NCBI GenBank assembly: GCA_049840735.1
Contig: JASGJN010000020.1
Location: 64,001-128,000 of the forward strand
Length of the DNA stretch: 64,000 nt
From: Anaeromyxobacter sp.
GTDB taxonomy: Bacteria; Myxococcota; Myxococcia; Myxococcales; Anaeromyxobacteraceae
Direction of reading: 5' to 3'
Part shown: piece by piece, positions 45,045-56,698 of the stretch
How the letters are laid out: every line of letters begins with the position of its first letter
How positions within the stretch are numbered: the stretch's first letter is position 1
Position numbers and translations under genes: made by a program
Notes under the pieces: generated by a model
What the model was told of the DNA's origin: nothing
Seen by the model: only the letters and a program-made list of their open reading frames with translations
Database searches by the model: none

Positions 45045-45641
45045 ATGTCCCTTCGCTCCCTGGCCGTGCTGGCCCTGGCGCTCGCTGGCTCCCCTGCTCT
45101 CGCCGACTTCGACTCGCTCTCCGCGGCCGCCCAGCGGCTCGACACGCTGGAGACCTTCCTGGCGGGCTACGTGGGCAAGTGCACCGACATCTACGAGCGG
45201 CAGACCTGCGAGGCCAACGTGGCGGCCGCCCGCCGCGCGGCCGCGGGCAAGACCTTCTCGGTGCGCGTCTCCAACGCGACCCAGCTCGTTCACCCGCAGC
45301 GCAAGGGCGGCGCCTACGTGCTGCTCCTCACGCCCTTCGTGGACGGCGGCGGCCTCGCGCTCACGCACGGCCAGCCGTCCGGCCAGGACGCGGCCGGCAA
45401 CCCGCGCATCGCGCTCATCCCCATCAACAGCCCGCTGCCGCCCGGCATGATGGAGATGGACTTCGAGCGTCCGTTCCGCACCGGGTCGATCGAGCTGGAG
45501 ATCATCTTCCGGCCGGAGCGCACCTGGAAGCTGCCCCGCCGCGGCGAGTCCGGCTCCATGGACGGCGTGGCGGCCCGCTTCCTGGGCGTGCAGGTGATCG
45601 ACGCCCGGTCCGGGCAGGTGATCGCGACGCGGCTCCTGTAG
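45045..45641 (+). CDS. Secreted hypothetical protein
   Basis: Signal peptide ending ALA, two Cys. Confidence 0.8.
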   Translation: MSLRSLAVLALALAGSPALADFDSLSAAAQRLDTLETFLAGYVGKCTDIYERQTCEANVAAARRAAAGKTFSVRVSNATQLVHPQRKGGAYVLLLTPFVDGGGLALTHGQPSGQDAAGNPRIALIPINSPLPPGMMEMDFERPFRTGSIELEIIFRPERTWKLPRRGESGSMDGVAARFLGVQVIDARSGQVIATRLL

Positions 45642-45664
45642 CGCTCCTCGGTCCGCGCCCCCGG

Positions 45665-47266
<1,602 letters not shown>

Positions 47267-47348
47267 GGGGTCACGTCTCCGCGGTGAGGGGGCTCGGCCA
47301 CGACTTCACTGTTCTAAGGCCAGGACGGCCTGCCTGGCCTGCGCCGGA

Positions 47349-47888
47349 TCAGGCCTGGGCCAGGCGACCCACCCGCACCCGGGCGGGGCGCAGGATCCGC
47401 TCGCCAATCCGGTAGCCGGCCCGGAGCTCCTGGAGCACCAGGCCGTCCTGGGCGGTGTCGGCCACGGCCATGGTGTCTACCGCCTCGGCCAGCCGCGGGT
47501 CGAACGGCTGCCCCATGACGGTCAGCCGCTCCGCCCCCAGCTCCGCCACCCGCTTGTGCAGCCCCATCAGCGAGAGCCGGACGCCCTCCGCCAGGTTGTG
47601 CAGGGCGTCGCCATGGGCCTCGCCGGCCAGGCTCACCGCCGCCAGCGCCCGCTCCAGGTCGTCCGAGGCCTCCAGCAGCGCCTGGGCCACGCCGGCCCGC
47701 TCGGCCTCGACGACGCGCGCCCGCTCGCGCTCCTGGCGCTGCCGGAAGGCCTTGTTGTCCTCCAGCAGCGCGGCGTAGGCGCGCGACAGCTCGTCGATCC
47801 GGGCGGCCTGGGCGGCCAGCTGGGCGTCGCGCGGATCGGGGGCGGTCTCTCCGGCGACATCCTCGCAACCATCTTGCGGCATCGGCAT
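47349..47888 (-). CDS. grpE: Nucleotide exchange factor GrpE
   Basis: DDLERAL, GQPFDPRLAEAV, GYRIGERILRPARVRV. Confidence 0.9.
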   Translation of the reverse strand: MPMPQDGCEDVAGETAPDPRDAQLAAQAARIDELSRAYAALLEDNKAFRQRQERERARVVEAERAGVAQALLEASDDLERALAAVSLAGEAHGDALHNLAEGVRLSLMGLHKRVAELGAERLTVMGQPFDPRLAEAVDTMAVADTAQDGLVLQELRAGYRIGERILRPARVRVGRLAQA

Positions 47889-47950
47889 CGGTCTCGGTCT
47901 CCTCCGGAGCCGAACCTAAGCAGGCGATGGGGCGTGTCAAACCGGACGCG

Positions 47951-48190
47951 TCAGGCGTCCGGCCCGGGCGCGTCCTCCTCGCGGGCGTGGTCCTCGACCG
48001 GCCGGTCCTGGCCGTCCCGGATCTCCACCCCGGCCGCGCGCAGGCTGTAGAACAGCAGCCAGCGCTCCGCCGCCGAGAGGCTCCCCTGCGGCAGCGAGCG
48101 GTCGATCTCGTCCACCGTCAGGTGGCCCTCGCGGATGCCCCGCTGGAAGAGCGCCTTGCGCGCCTCGTGGCTGTCGCTGGTGTGCTTCAC
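47951..48190 (-). CDS. Stand-alone sigma70 region 1.1-like protein
   Basis: [21 protein letters not shown]...LRAAGVEI matches the region 1.1 pattern (LIxxGKxxGxLTYxEIxxxLP...LxxxGIEV). Confidence 0.75.
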   Translation of the reverse strand: MKHTSDSHEARKALFQRGIREGHLTVDEIDRSLPQGSLSAAERWLLFYSLRAAGVEIRDGQDRPVEDHAREEDAPGPDA

Positions 48191-50207
48191 GGGCCCTCCC
48201 CGTCCGGCGCCGGCCCGGCCACCGCCTGCGGCAGCGTCCAGCGGGATCCCTCCGACACCGCCACCGGCCGGTTGGGCGACTCCGGCGGCGCCTCGGCGTG
48301 CCCGCGCCCCTCGATGGTCTCCGGGCGCGTCACCTTGGGCCCCCAGAGCCGGTGATCTCCTCCTCCTCGATCACCTCCACGGTCAGGAGCCGCGCCGCCA
48401 GCGATCCCAGCTTGTCACGGTGGGTGCGCACCAGCTCCCGGGCCCGCTCCAGCGCCTCCCGCACCATGGCCTGGACCTCGCGGTCCACCGCCAGCGCGGT
48501 GTGATCCGAGTAGGTGCGCTGCTCGAGCCCCTTCACGCCCAGGAAGCTCGGCCCGGAGGCGTCGCCCAGCGAGACCGGGCCCAGCCCGCTCATGCCGTAG
48601 TCGCGGACCATCATCCGGGCCAGGCCGGTGGCCTGCTGCAGGTCGTTGGAGGCGCCGGTGGACGGCTCCCCGAAGACCTCCTCCTCGGCCACGCGGCCGC
48701 CCATCAGCCCCGCCATCCGGTCGCGCAGCTCGCTGCGCGTCAGGAGGTACCGGTCCTCGAGCGGCAGCTGGAGCGTGTAGCCCAGCGCCCCCAGGCCGCG
48801 CGGGATGATGGAGACCTTGGAGACGCGGTCGGCGTGGGGCAGCATCCAGGAGACCAGCGCGTGGCCGGCCTCGTGGAAGGCGACGATTTCCTTCTCGCGC
48901 TCGTTGATGCGCCGGCTCTTCTTCTCCAGGCCGGCCACCACGCGCTCGATGGCCTCCTCGAACTCGGCCCGCGTGACGTGGCTCTTGTTGCGGCGGGCGG
49001 CCAGCAGGGCCGCCTCGTTCACCACGTTGGCCAGGTCGGCCCCGGCGAACCCCGGCGTGCGGGTGGCCACCGCGCGCAGGTCCACGTCCGGCCCCAGCTT
49101 CACCGCGCGTGCGTGGATTTGCAGGATGCGCTCGCGGCCCCGCTTGTCGGGGCGGTCCACCAGCACCTGCCGGTCGAAGCGGCCGGGCGCATCAGGGCCG
49201 GGTCGAGGATCTCCGGCCGGTTGGTCGCGCCCATGATGATCAGCCCGGCCCGGGCGTCGAAGCCGTCCATCTCGGCCAGCAGCTGGTTCAGGGTCTGCTC
49301 GCGCTCGTCGTGCCCGCCCATCACCCCGGCGTTGCGAGACTTGCCCAGCGCGTCCAGCTCGTCGATGAAGACGATGCAGGGGGCCTTCTGGGTGGCCTGC
49401 TGGAACAGGTCGCGCACGCGCGCCGCGCCCACGCCCACGAACATCTCCACGAACTCGGAGCCGGAGAGCGAGAAGAACGGCACCCCCGCCTCGCCGGCGG
49501 TGGCGCGGGCCAGCAGCGTCTTGCCGGTGCCGGGCGGCCCCACCAGCAGCACGCCCTTGGGGATCCGGCCGCCCAGCCGGCGGTACTTCTCCGGCGTCTT
49601 CAGGAACTCGACGATCTCCTGCAGCTCCTCGACCGCCTCGTCGATGCCGGCGGCGTCCTGGAAGGTGACGCCGGTGTCCGGCTCCATGTGCACGCGGGCC
49701 CGCGACTTCCCGAAGGCCATCACGCCGGGCGGGCCCTGGCCGATCTGGCCGGACATGCGCCGCATCACCCACGCCCAGAACAGCAGGCCGATGGCGATGG
49801 GCGCCACCCAGACCCAGAACAGATCTCCCATCCCCGCCCCCCGAGACCGCGTCGTACGGGATGCCCGCCTTCTCGATGGCGGGCACGAGGTCGTCGCCGC
49901 CGCCCGGGATCCGGGTGGCCACGTAGGGAAGCGCCGCGTCCTGCGTCTTCGCGCTCTCCATGGGCCGCGGCACGCCGCGGACCCAGTCCGGGCCGATCAC
50001 CACCCGCTCGAAGGCGGACTGGTGGATCATCTCCTTGAACTGCGAGTACGGGATGCGCCGGACGCCCACGTCCTGGAAGGCGCGGAACAGGAACACGGCC
50101 AGCGCGATCAGCACCAGCCAGGCCGCGGGCGAGGCCAGGGGCACGCGCGGCTGCCCCGGCACCTTCCCCCGCTCCCCGCGGCCCTGGGGCTTCTTTTCGT
50201 CGGACAC
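48187..50207 (-). CDS. ftsH: ATP-dependent zinc metalloprotease FtsH; apparent frameshifts at ~49830, ~49185, ~48348
   Basis: Two TM segments, [27 protein letters not shown] (split), HEAGH. The corrected 3' end stops overlapping the next GTG. Confidence 0.93.
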
Positions 50208-50427
50208 CAGGCCTCCTGCCCCCTTCCCAGGCAATGTGCGCATGGGAGGGGTCCGGGCAATGCGAGGACCCAACCGCCTCGGGCCCGCCGGGGGCGCGCC
50301 GCGACCACCGCGGACGGCCCCCAGCCGTTCTCACGATCGGTGGATAACGGGGCGGGCGCGCGCGCGCCGCAGCAGCCAGGCGGGCGCCTGGTCGCGAGGG
50401 GTCACAGGGAGGGGGAGGAGCGGCTGC

Positions 50428-50818
50428 CTACAGCCCGAGCAGCTTGGCGATGCTCTTCTCGTCCGCCGGCGGGAACTCGTACTGCTCCAGCTCGTCCGGG
50501 CGGACCCAGCGGTGATCGTGGACGCGCAGGTGCTGGATGGGGCCGGCCACCAGCCTGCAGCGGTACACGCAGAAGTCGATGTCGTAGGCCTCGTACGCGT
50601 GCTCGACGTGGATGACGCGGTCGTCCACCACCACGTCGATGGCCATCTCCTCGCGCAGCTCGCGCGCCAGCGCCGCCTGGTCGGTCTCCGCCGGTCTCCA
50701 CGCGACCGCCGGGGAACTCCCAGAGCAACGGCAGGGAGGCGGTGGGCGGGCGCTGGGTCAGCAGGTACCGGCCGTCCTTCTCGATCATCGCGCCCACGAC
50801 CCGGATCTTGCGACGCAT
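50428..50818 (-). CDS. NUDIX hydrolase (MutT-like); apparent frameshift at ~50690
   Basis: [11 protein letters not shown][[15 protein letters not shown]]; C-terminal FPPAD. Confidence 0.9.
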
Positions 50819-50996
50819 GTGCTCGCTCCCGTCCCTCGCGCTCAGCCCCGGACGGTACCGCAGGGGGCACCCCCGTGGTCCCGACCATACCGGAGGGTGA
50901 ATTGTAGAATCCGGCCCTCATGCCGTCCATCCGCTTCCTCGGCGCGCCCGCTGAGAGCCCGGCCGCCGCGCGCCGTCCGGCGTACCTGGGGGTCCC

Positions 50997-51851
50997 ATGA
51001 GCAGCGCCGCGGTGCCTGCCGACCCGGGCCTCCGCCCGGCGCTGCTGGACGGGGCCATGGGCACCGCGCTGCTCGCGCGCGGGCTGCCGCAGGGCACCCC
51101 GCCCGAGCGCTGGCTGGTGGAGCGTCCCGGCGAGATCGAGGCGGTCCACCGGGCGCATGCAGGCGCAGGGGCCGAGGTCCTCCTCACCTGCACCTTCAAC
51201 CTGGCCGCGCCGCGCATCGGCCAGCTGGCGGAGGCCGGGCTGGGGGCGCTGGCCGCCCGCGCCGTGCGGGCCGCCCGCGCGGCCGCGCCGGGGGTGCGCG
51301 TGGCCGGTGCGCTCGGCCCCACCGGCCTGTGCGGCCCGGGCCAGCCGTACGTGCCCTCCGAGCAGCTGCGCGAGGCCTACCGGGCCGCGGCCGAGGCGCT
51401 GGCCGGCGCCGGCGTGGATCTCCTCTGGCTGGAGACGCAGTGGGACGCGGCGGAGGCCTCGGTGGCCCTGGCCGCGCTGCGCGACATGGCACTGCCGGTG
51501 GTGGTCACCTTCGTGCTGCGGACCGAGGCCGGGCGGCTGGTGGCGCCGGACGGCACCTCGGCCGAGGCGCTGCTGCTGCGGGCCGCCGAGGGGGGCGCGG
51601 CGGCGGCGGGGGTCAACTGCGTCGAGCCCGGGCCGGCGCTGACGGCGCTGGCCGGGTATGCGCGGGAGCACCTCTCCATCCCGTTCGTCGCCAAGCCCAG
51701 CCCGGGCCTGCCCGGCGCGATCCGCCCGCCGGAGGTCTTCGCCGCGGCGCTGGCGCCGGTGCTGGCGGCGGGCGTGGGCGCGGTGGGGGCCTGCTGCGGC
51801 GCCACCGCCGATCACCTGCGGGCGGTGGCCGCCGCGCTCGGGCGCGCCTGA
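50997..51851 (+). CDS. Homocysteine S-methyltransferase family protein (stand-alone Hcy-binding domain)
   Basis: LLDGAMGT, GVNC, GACCG (Zn ligands). Confidence 0.9.
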   Translation: MSSAAVPADPGLRPALLDGAMGTALLARGLPQGTPPERWLVERPGEIEAVHRAHAGAGAEVLLTCTFNLAAPRIGQLAEAGLGALAARAVRAARAAAPGVRVAGALGPTGLCGPGQPYVPSEQLREAYRAAAEALAGAGVDLLWLETQWDAAEASVALAALRDMALPVVVTFVLRTEAGRLVAPDGTSAEALLLRAAEGGAAAAGVNCVEPGPALTALAGYAREHLSIPFVAKPSPGLPGAIRPPEVFAAALAPVLAAGVGAVGACCGATADHLRAVAAALGRA

Positions 51852-52843
51852 GCCACCGCCGCGGCCAGCTCGGCCGGATCCACGGAGAGGGCCCCCGGCA
51901 CCCGCGCCAGCGCGCGCTCCGGCATCGACGGCACCACCGCGGTCGCGGGCGCCTGGCAGATGGCCCGGCCGCCGCAGCGCGCCAGCTCGGCCAACCCCTC
52001 GGCGCCGTCCGCGCCCATGCCGGAGAGGACCACGCCGGTGGCGCGCGCCCCCAGCGCCGCCACGCTGCCCAGCAGCCGGTCGGCGCTGGGGACGTAGCGC
52101 GAGACGGCCGGCGCGCTGCGCGCCTCGGGGCCGTCCAGGACCAGGTCCTGCCCGGCGCCGGGCACCAGCGCCACCCCCGGCGCCAGCGGGGCCGCGCCGC
52201 TCACCACCACCGTGGGCCAGCCCGAGGCCGACTCCAGCCAGCGCGCGAAGGCCGGCACGAACTCGCCGTCCATGTGCTGCGCCACCAGCACCGCCCGCCC
52301 CTCGCGCGGCAGCTGGCGCAAGAGCTCGCCCAGCACCCAGACGCCGCCGGTGGAGCTGGCCACCGCCACGGCCTGGAGCTCCGGGTCCCCCGCCCGCGCC
52401 GGCTGCAGCGGCAGCGCCGTCCGCGGCTCGCCGCGCCGCGCCGTCACCACCGGCACCCGCGCCATGAGCAGGATCCGCTCTGCCGCGCGCGGCGCGCCGG
52501 CGGGCACCAGGTCCACCACCCCGGGGCCGAGCAGCTCCCGGCAGGCGGCGACGCCCGGCGGCAGCAGCCCCACCACCGGCGCCACGCCCGCCAGCGTGGC
52601 CGTGGCCCGCTCCAGCCGGTCCAGCAGCCCGGCCCGGTCCGGCCCGCCCACCACCGCGACGCCGGCGTGGCGCCGGAGCAGCTGCGGGTTGGGGAGACCG
52701 CGGAAGGCGCGCATGACCAGCGCCCCGGCCGCCGCCAGCGCCGCGTCCAGCCCGGGGTGGAGCGCCAGCACGTGGTCGTCCAGCACCACCGCGCACGGCT
52801 CGGCGCGCGGCCCGCCCACCCCGCGCGGCGCCGGGGTGCTCAC
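51812..52843 (-). CDS. cheB: CheB-type methylesterase with non-canonical N-terminus
   Basis: ASSTGG, AQHM, PSADRL, LSGMGADGAEG, SMP. Confidence 0.88.
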   Translation of the reverse strand: MSTPAPRGVGGPRAEPCAVVLDDHVLALHPGLDAALAAAGALVMRAFRGLPNPQLLRRHAGVAVVGGPDRAGLLDRLERATATLAGVAPVVGLLPPGVAACRELLGPGVVDLVPAGAPRAAERILLMARVPVVTARRGEPRTALPLQPARAGDPELQAVAVASSTGGVWVLGELLRQLPREGRAVLVAQHMDGEFVPAFARWLESASGWPTVVVSGAAPLAPGVALVPGAGQDLVLDGPEARSAPAVSRYVPSADRLLGSVAALGARATGVVLSGMGADGAEGLAELARCGGRAICQAPATAVVPSMPERALARVPGALSVDPAELAAAVAQARPSAAATARR

Positions 52844-54942
52844 GGGGCCCGCACCCCCAGCCGCGCCAGCGTCTCGGAGAGGACGCCCGCGTTGAAGCGC
52901 GACTTGATCAGGTAGGCGTCGGCCCCGGCCGCGGCGCCGGCGCTGCGGGTGGCGTCATCGTCCTGCGAGGTGAGCAGCACCACCGGCAGCCGCTCGGTGC
53001 CCGCCCGCGCGCGCAGGGCGCGGGTGAGCGAGAGGCCGTCGCGGCGCGGCATGTTCACGTCCGAGACCACCACGTCAGGCAGCCCCTCGTCGATCCGCTG
53101 CAGCGCCTCCTCGCCGTCGGCCGCCAGGCGGACCCGGAAGCCCTGCTGCTCGAGCAGCACGCGCAGCACCTCGCGCGTGGCCAGCGAGTCCTCCGCCAGC
53201 ACCACCTCCAGCGCCCGGCGCGCCGCGGCCGCGGGGGCCACGGCCCCGGCCTGGGCCGGCGGGGCCGCCACCGGCCGCGCCCGGGCGCGGGCCAGCAGCA
53301 GGCGCGGGTGGAGCAGCGCCACCGGCGTGCCGTCGGCCAGCCGCGCGATCCCGGTGACCAGCGCGTCGGCCTGGGCGACGCCGGGCACGGCCGCCGGGAC
53401 CATCCCGGTCACCGCCCCCACGTCCTCCACCGCCACCGCCGCCATGCTCCCCTCGGCCCGGACCACCAGCGCGAACCGCTCGCGCCCGGGCCTGGCCGGC
53501 AGCCCCAGCGCCTCGGAGAGCGGCACCAGCGGCAGGATGGTCTCGTCCACCGCCAGGGTCCGGCCGGCGGGGCCGTCGTGCACCGCCGTGCCGGCGGCGG
53601 CCAGCAGCACCGTCCGCTCCACCGTGCCGATGGGCAGGCCGAAGGTCCGGCCGCCGGCGGTGATGGAGAGCGCCTCCACCGCGTAGACCTCGAGCGGCAG
53701 CGAGAAGGTGACGGTGGCGCCCAGCCCGCGCACGGAGCGGATCTGGATGGCGCCGCCGGTCTCGCGGGCCAGCTGGGCCACCGCCGAGAGCCCCAGGCCG
53801 CGGCCGGAGACGTCGGTGGCCTCGGCGCGGGTGGAGCCGCCCTCGAAGGCCCAGCGCTGCAGCACCTCCTCGTCCGGCAGCGCCTCGGCCGCAGCGGCGT
53901 CGCCGCCGCGCCGCGCCAGCTGGGCCCGGATGGCCACCACGTCGAACCCGGCGCCGTCGTCGGCCACCTCGACCTGCAGCGCCGACTCGGCGGTGGAGAG
54001 CCGCACCGCCACCCGCCCCGCCGCCGGCTTGCCCGCCGCCCGCCGCGCCTCGGGCGGCTCGATGCCGTGGTCGAGCGCGTTGCGCAGCAGGTGGCGCATC
54101 AGGCCGCGGGCGGTCTCGAGCGTGCGCCGGTCGGCCCGCACCTCCCCGGCGACGATCACCGGCACCACCTGCTTGCCCAGCCGCGCCGCCAGCGCCTCGA
54201 TCTCCGCCTCCAGCCCGCCCAGCGCGTGGTCGGCCCGCACCAGCCGCAGCGAGGCGATGAGCCCCTCCAGCGCGGCGGAGGCGGTGGCCAGCCCCTGCAG
54301 CGCCGGATCCTCCACGCGGGCCTCGTGCAGGTGGGCCAGCGCGCGGGACACCGACGCGGCCAGGCGCAGCGCCTCGTCCACGTCGCCGGCCGGCACGCTG
54401 AGCCGCTCCTCGCCCTCCGGCGCCCTGGCCGGGCGCTTCTCGGCTGCGCGCGCCGCGGGCGGCTGCGAGGTCGGGCGCGGCGCGGGGGCCGCGGGAGCCG
54501 CGCCAGGTGCGGCGCCCGCTCGCTGCTCGCCGGGCCCGGCGCCGACGGGTGGCGCCGCCACGGTGGCCAGCAGCGGCTTCAGCAGGTCCTCGGGGAAGGC
54601 GTCGGCCAGCATGGCCGCCATCCGCTCCAGCCCGGCGCCGATCAGCTCCAGCGCCCGGGTGATGCGGCCGTCGCGCACCGCCGCGGCGGCGGGATCGTCC
54701 CCCAGCCGCCCCAGCGCCAGCGCCTCGAGGTCGTGGAGCGCCCGCGCCAGCTCCCGGTACTCCAGCGAGGCGGCGGCGCCCTTGAGCCCGTGGGCGATGC
54801 GGCCGAAGTCGGCCAGCGCCTCGCCGGCCTCGCCCTCGCGCAGCCGGGCCGAGAGCCCGCGCAGCACCTCCAGCGACTCCTTCGCCTCGGCCACGAACAG
54901 GCCGACCAGCCGTGCGCGGGTGGCCGCGTCCACGCCGTTCAT
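52840..54942 (-). CDS. cheA: Hybrid CheA kinase (Hpt-HATPase-CheW-REC)
   Basis: AHGLKG, HLLRNALDHGIE, DDGAG, SGRGLGL, C-terminal LAEDS..SDVNMP..YLIK. Confidence 0.92.
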   Translation of the reverse strand: MNGVDAATRARLVGLFVAEAKESLEVLRGLSARLREGEAGEALADFGRIAHGLKGAAASLEYRELARALHDLEALALGRLGDDPAAAAVRDGRITRALELIGAGLERMAAMLADAFPEDLLKPLLATVAAPPVGAGPGEQRAGAAPGAAPAAPAPRPTSQPPAARAAEKRPARAPEGEERLSVPAGDVDEALRLAASVSRALAHLHEARVEDPALQGLATASAALEGLIASLRLVRADHALGGLEAEIEALAARLGKQVVPVIVAGEVRADRRTLETARGLMRHLLRNALDHGIEPPEARRAAGKPAAGRVAVRLSTAESALQVEVADDGAGFDVVAIRAQLARRGGDAAAAEALPDEEVLQRWAFEGGSTRAEATDVSGRGLGLSAVAQLARETGGAIQIRSVRGLGATVTFSLPLEVYAVEALSITAGGRTFGLPIGTVERTVLLAAAGTAVHDGPAGRTLAVDETILPLVPLSEALGLPARPGRERFALVVRAEGSMAAVAVEDVGAVTGMVPAAVPGVAQADALVTGIARLADGTPVALLHPRLLLARARARPVAAPPAQAGAVAPAAAARRALEVVLAEDSLATREVLRVLLEQQGFRVRLAADGEEALQRIDEGLPDVVVSDVNMPRRDGLSLTRALRARAGTERLPVVLLTSQDDDATRSAGAAAGADAYLIKSRFNAGVLSETLARLGVRAP

Positions 54943-55469
54943 GGGCGCGCCGCCTTCCCTGCCCAGCTCCGCAGCCAGCCCGCGTCCAGCACCGAGGTGC
55001 CGCCCTCCAGCACCCCCGCCAGGCGCACCGCGCCGGTCTCGACCGGCGCGGCCGCCGCCGCCAGCCGCTCCTCCAGCAGCTCCAGCGGCGCCTCGACGGC
55101 CACCGCCACCGGGCCACCCTCCGCCTCGACCAGCAGGGCCGGCCGGCCCTCCAGCCCGCCGGACCCGGCCGCGCCCGGCCCGACCGTGGCGCCAGCGTCC
55201 ACCAGCGGGACCGGTCGCTCGTCCACGAACACCACCCAGCGCTCGCCGCCGGCCGCCAGCGGGACCGCCAGCGGCGGTCCCAGCCGCGACACCGCCCGCA
55301 GCACCGCGTCGGCCTCCACCGCGCAGGGCCGGCCCCCCAGGCCGAAGGCCACCAGCCGCTGCGTGACGCGGTCCTCTCCGGCGACCGCCGGCGCCGCCAG
55401 CTCCTGGGCCCGCGCCTCCAGGCGCGCCAGGTCGGTGGGATGCAGGAGCGGGATCGGCAGCGCGCTCAT
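54939..55469 (-). CDS. cheW: CheW-like protein (divergent)
   Basis: [23 protein letters not shown]; coupled to neighbours. Confidence 0.75.
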   Translation of the reverse strand: MSALPIPLLHPTDLARLEARAQELAAPAVAGEDRVTQRLVAFGLGGRPCAVEADAVLRAVSRLGPPLAVPLAAGGERWVVFVDERPVPLVDAGATVGPGAAGSGGLEGRPALLVEAEGGPVAVAVEAPLELLEERLAAAAAPVETGAVRLAGVLEGGTSVLDAGWLRSWAGKAARP

Positions 55470-56698
55470 GGCTCCTCCGCCCCGAGCAGCAGGCGCGCGG
55501 CGTCGGCCAGCTGCCCGACGGAGAGACCGTCGGCGCTGGGGACGTCCAGCTCGGGCGCGAGCCGGGCGGCCGCGGCCACCAGCTCGCGCAGCAGGTGGCG
55601 GGCGCGCGGGGCGTCCACCGGGATGAGCTGCTGGCCCAGCAGCAGGCGCGCGTACAGATCGCGCGGATCGTGGAAGAGCGCGGCCCGGGCCTCGGCCAGC
55701 GCGTCGCCCGGGCGCCCCGCCTGCGCGTGGCGGACGGCCTCGGCCAGGTGGGCGCGCAGCGCCTGGTCGCGGTGCGGGGCGCGGGGGACCGCGCGGGGCG
55801 GCGGGGTGGGCGCGGCGGCGCGCGGGACGGCACGGAGCGGGCGATGGGCGCGGGGCGCGGCCGGGCGACGGGGGCGCGGCGCGGGCGGCGCGGCCTGGCC
55901 CACGCCCAGGGGCCCCAGCGGCCGGAGCCCGCCGGCGGCCAGCAGGTGGGCCTCGGCGGCGGCCAGCACCAGGTGGGCGCCGGGGTCGAGCGCGCGGGCC
56001 AGCGCGCCGGCCAGCCGCTCGGCCTCGGCCGGGCGCGCGTAGATGAGCACGTGGCGGCAGAGCACCAGGTCGTGGCCGCCCAGCGCCGCCGGCCCCCGCT
56101 CCACCACCTCCAGCAGGTTGCCCACCTCGAACCGGCACAGCGCGCGGACCGGCTCGGCGACGCGGTAGCGCCCGCCCTCCTCCGGCTGGACGCGCGCGCC
56201 GATCCAGGCCTGTGGGCCGCGCTGGACCGACCAGGCCGAGAGCGAGCCGGAGCGGGCCGCCTCGATCCGCGCCGGCGAGGCGTCCACGCCGGTCACCTGG
56301 ACCAGCCCGGCGGCCGCCGAGGCCGGCAGCCCGCGCTGCTCCAGCGCGTCGCACAGCGCCATGGCCACGGTGAACGGCTCCTGGCCGGCGGAGCAGCCCA
56401 GCGAGAGCACCCGCACCGGCCGCCCCTCCTCGGCGGCCCGCGCCAGCAGCGCCGGCCCGGCCACCTCGCGCACCCACTCCCAGAGCGCCTCGTCGCGGAA
56501 GAGCCAGCTCTCGTCGATGGGGAGCCGGTCCACCACGCGCGCCAGCCAGGCGGGATCCTCAGGCGAGGCCGGGCCGCCGCCGGCCGCCGACTGCACCGCG
56601 GCGGCAATCTGCGCCTCGCCGACGCCCTGCAGCGCCAGGCCGTAGGCGGCCTCCAGCGCGCGGCGCACCGCCGCCAGGGGGGCGTCCTCGCCGGTCAT
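55466..56698 (-). CDS. cheR: CheR-type methyltransferase with C-terminal TPR
   Basis: [37 protein letters not shown]-like tail. Confidence 0.9.
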   Translation of the reverse strand: MTGEDAPLAAVRRALEAAYGLALQGVGEAQIAAAVQSAAGGGPASPEDPAWLARVVDRLPIDESWLFRDEALWEWVREVAGPALLARAAEEGRPVRVLSLGCSAGQEPFTVAMALCDALEQRGLPASAAAGLVQVTGVDASPARIEAARSGSLSAWSVQRGPQAWIGARVQPEEGGRYRVAEPVRALCRFEVGNLLEVVERGPAALGGHDLVLCRHVLIYARPAEAERLAGALARALDPGAHLVLAAAEAHLLAAGGLRPLGPLGVGQAAPPAPRPRRPAAPRAHRPLRAVPRAAAPTPPPRAVPRAPHRDQALRAHLAEAVRHAQAGRPGDALAEARAALFHDPRDLYARLLLGQQLIPVDAPRARHLLRELVAAAARLAPELDVPSADGLSVGQLADAARLLLGAEEP

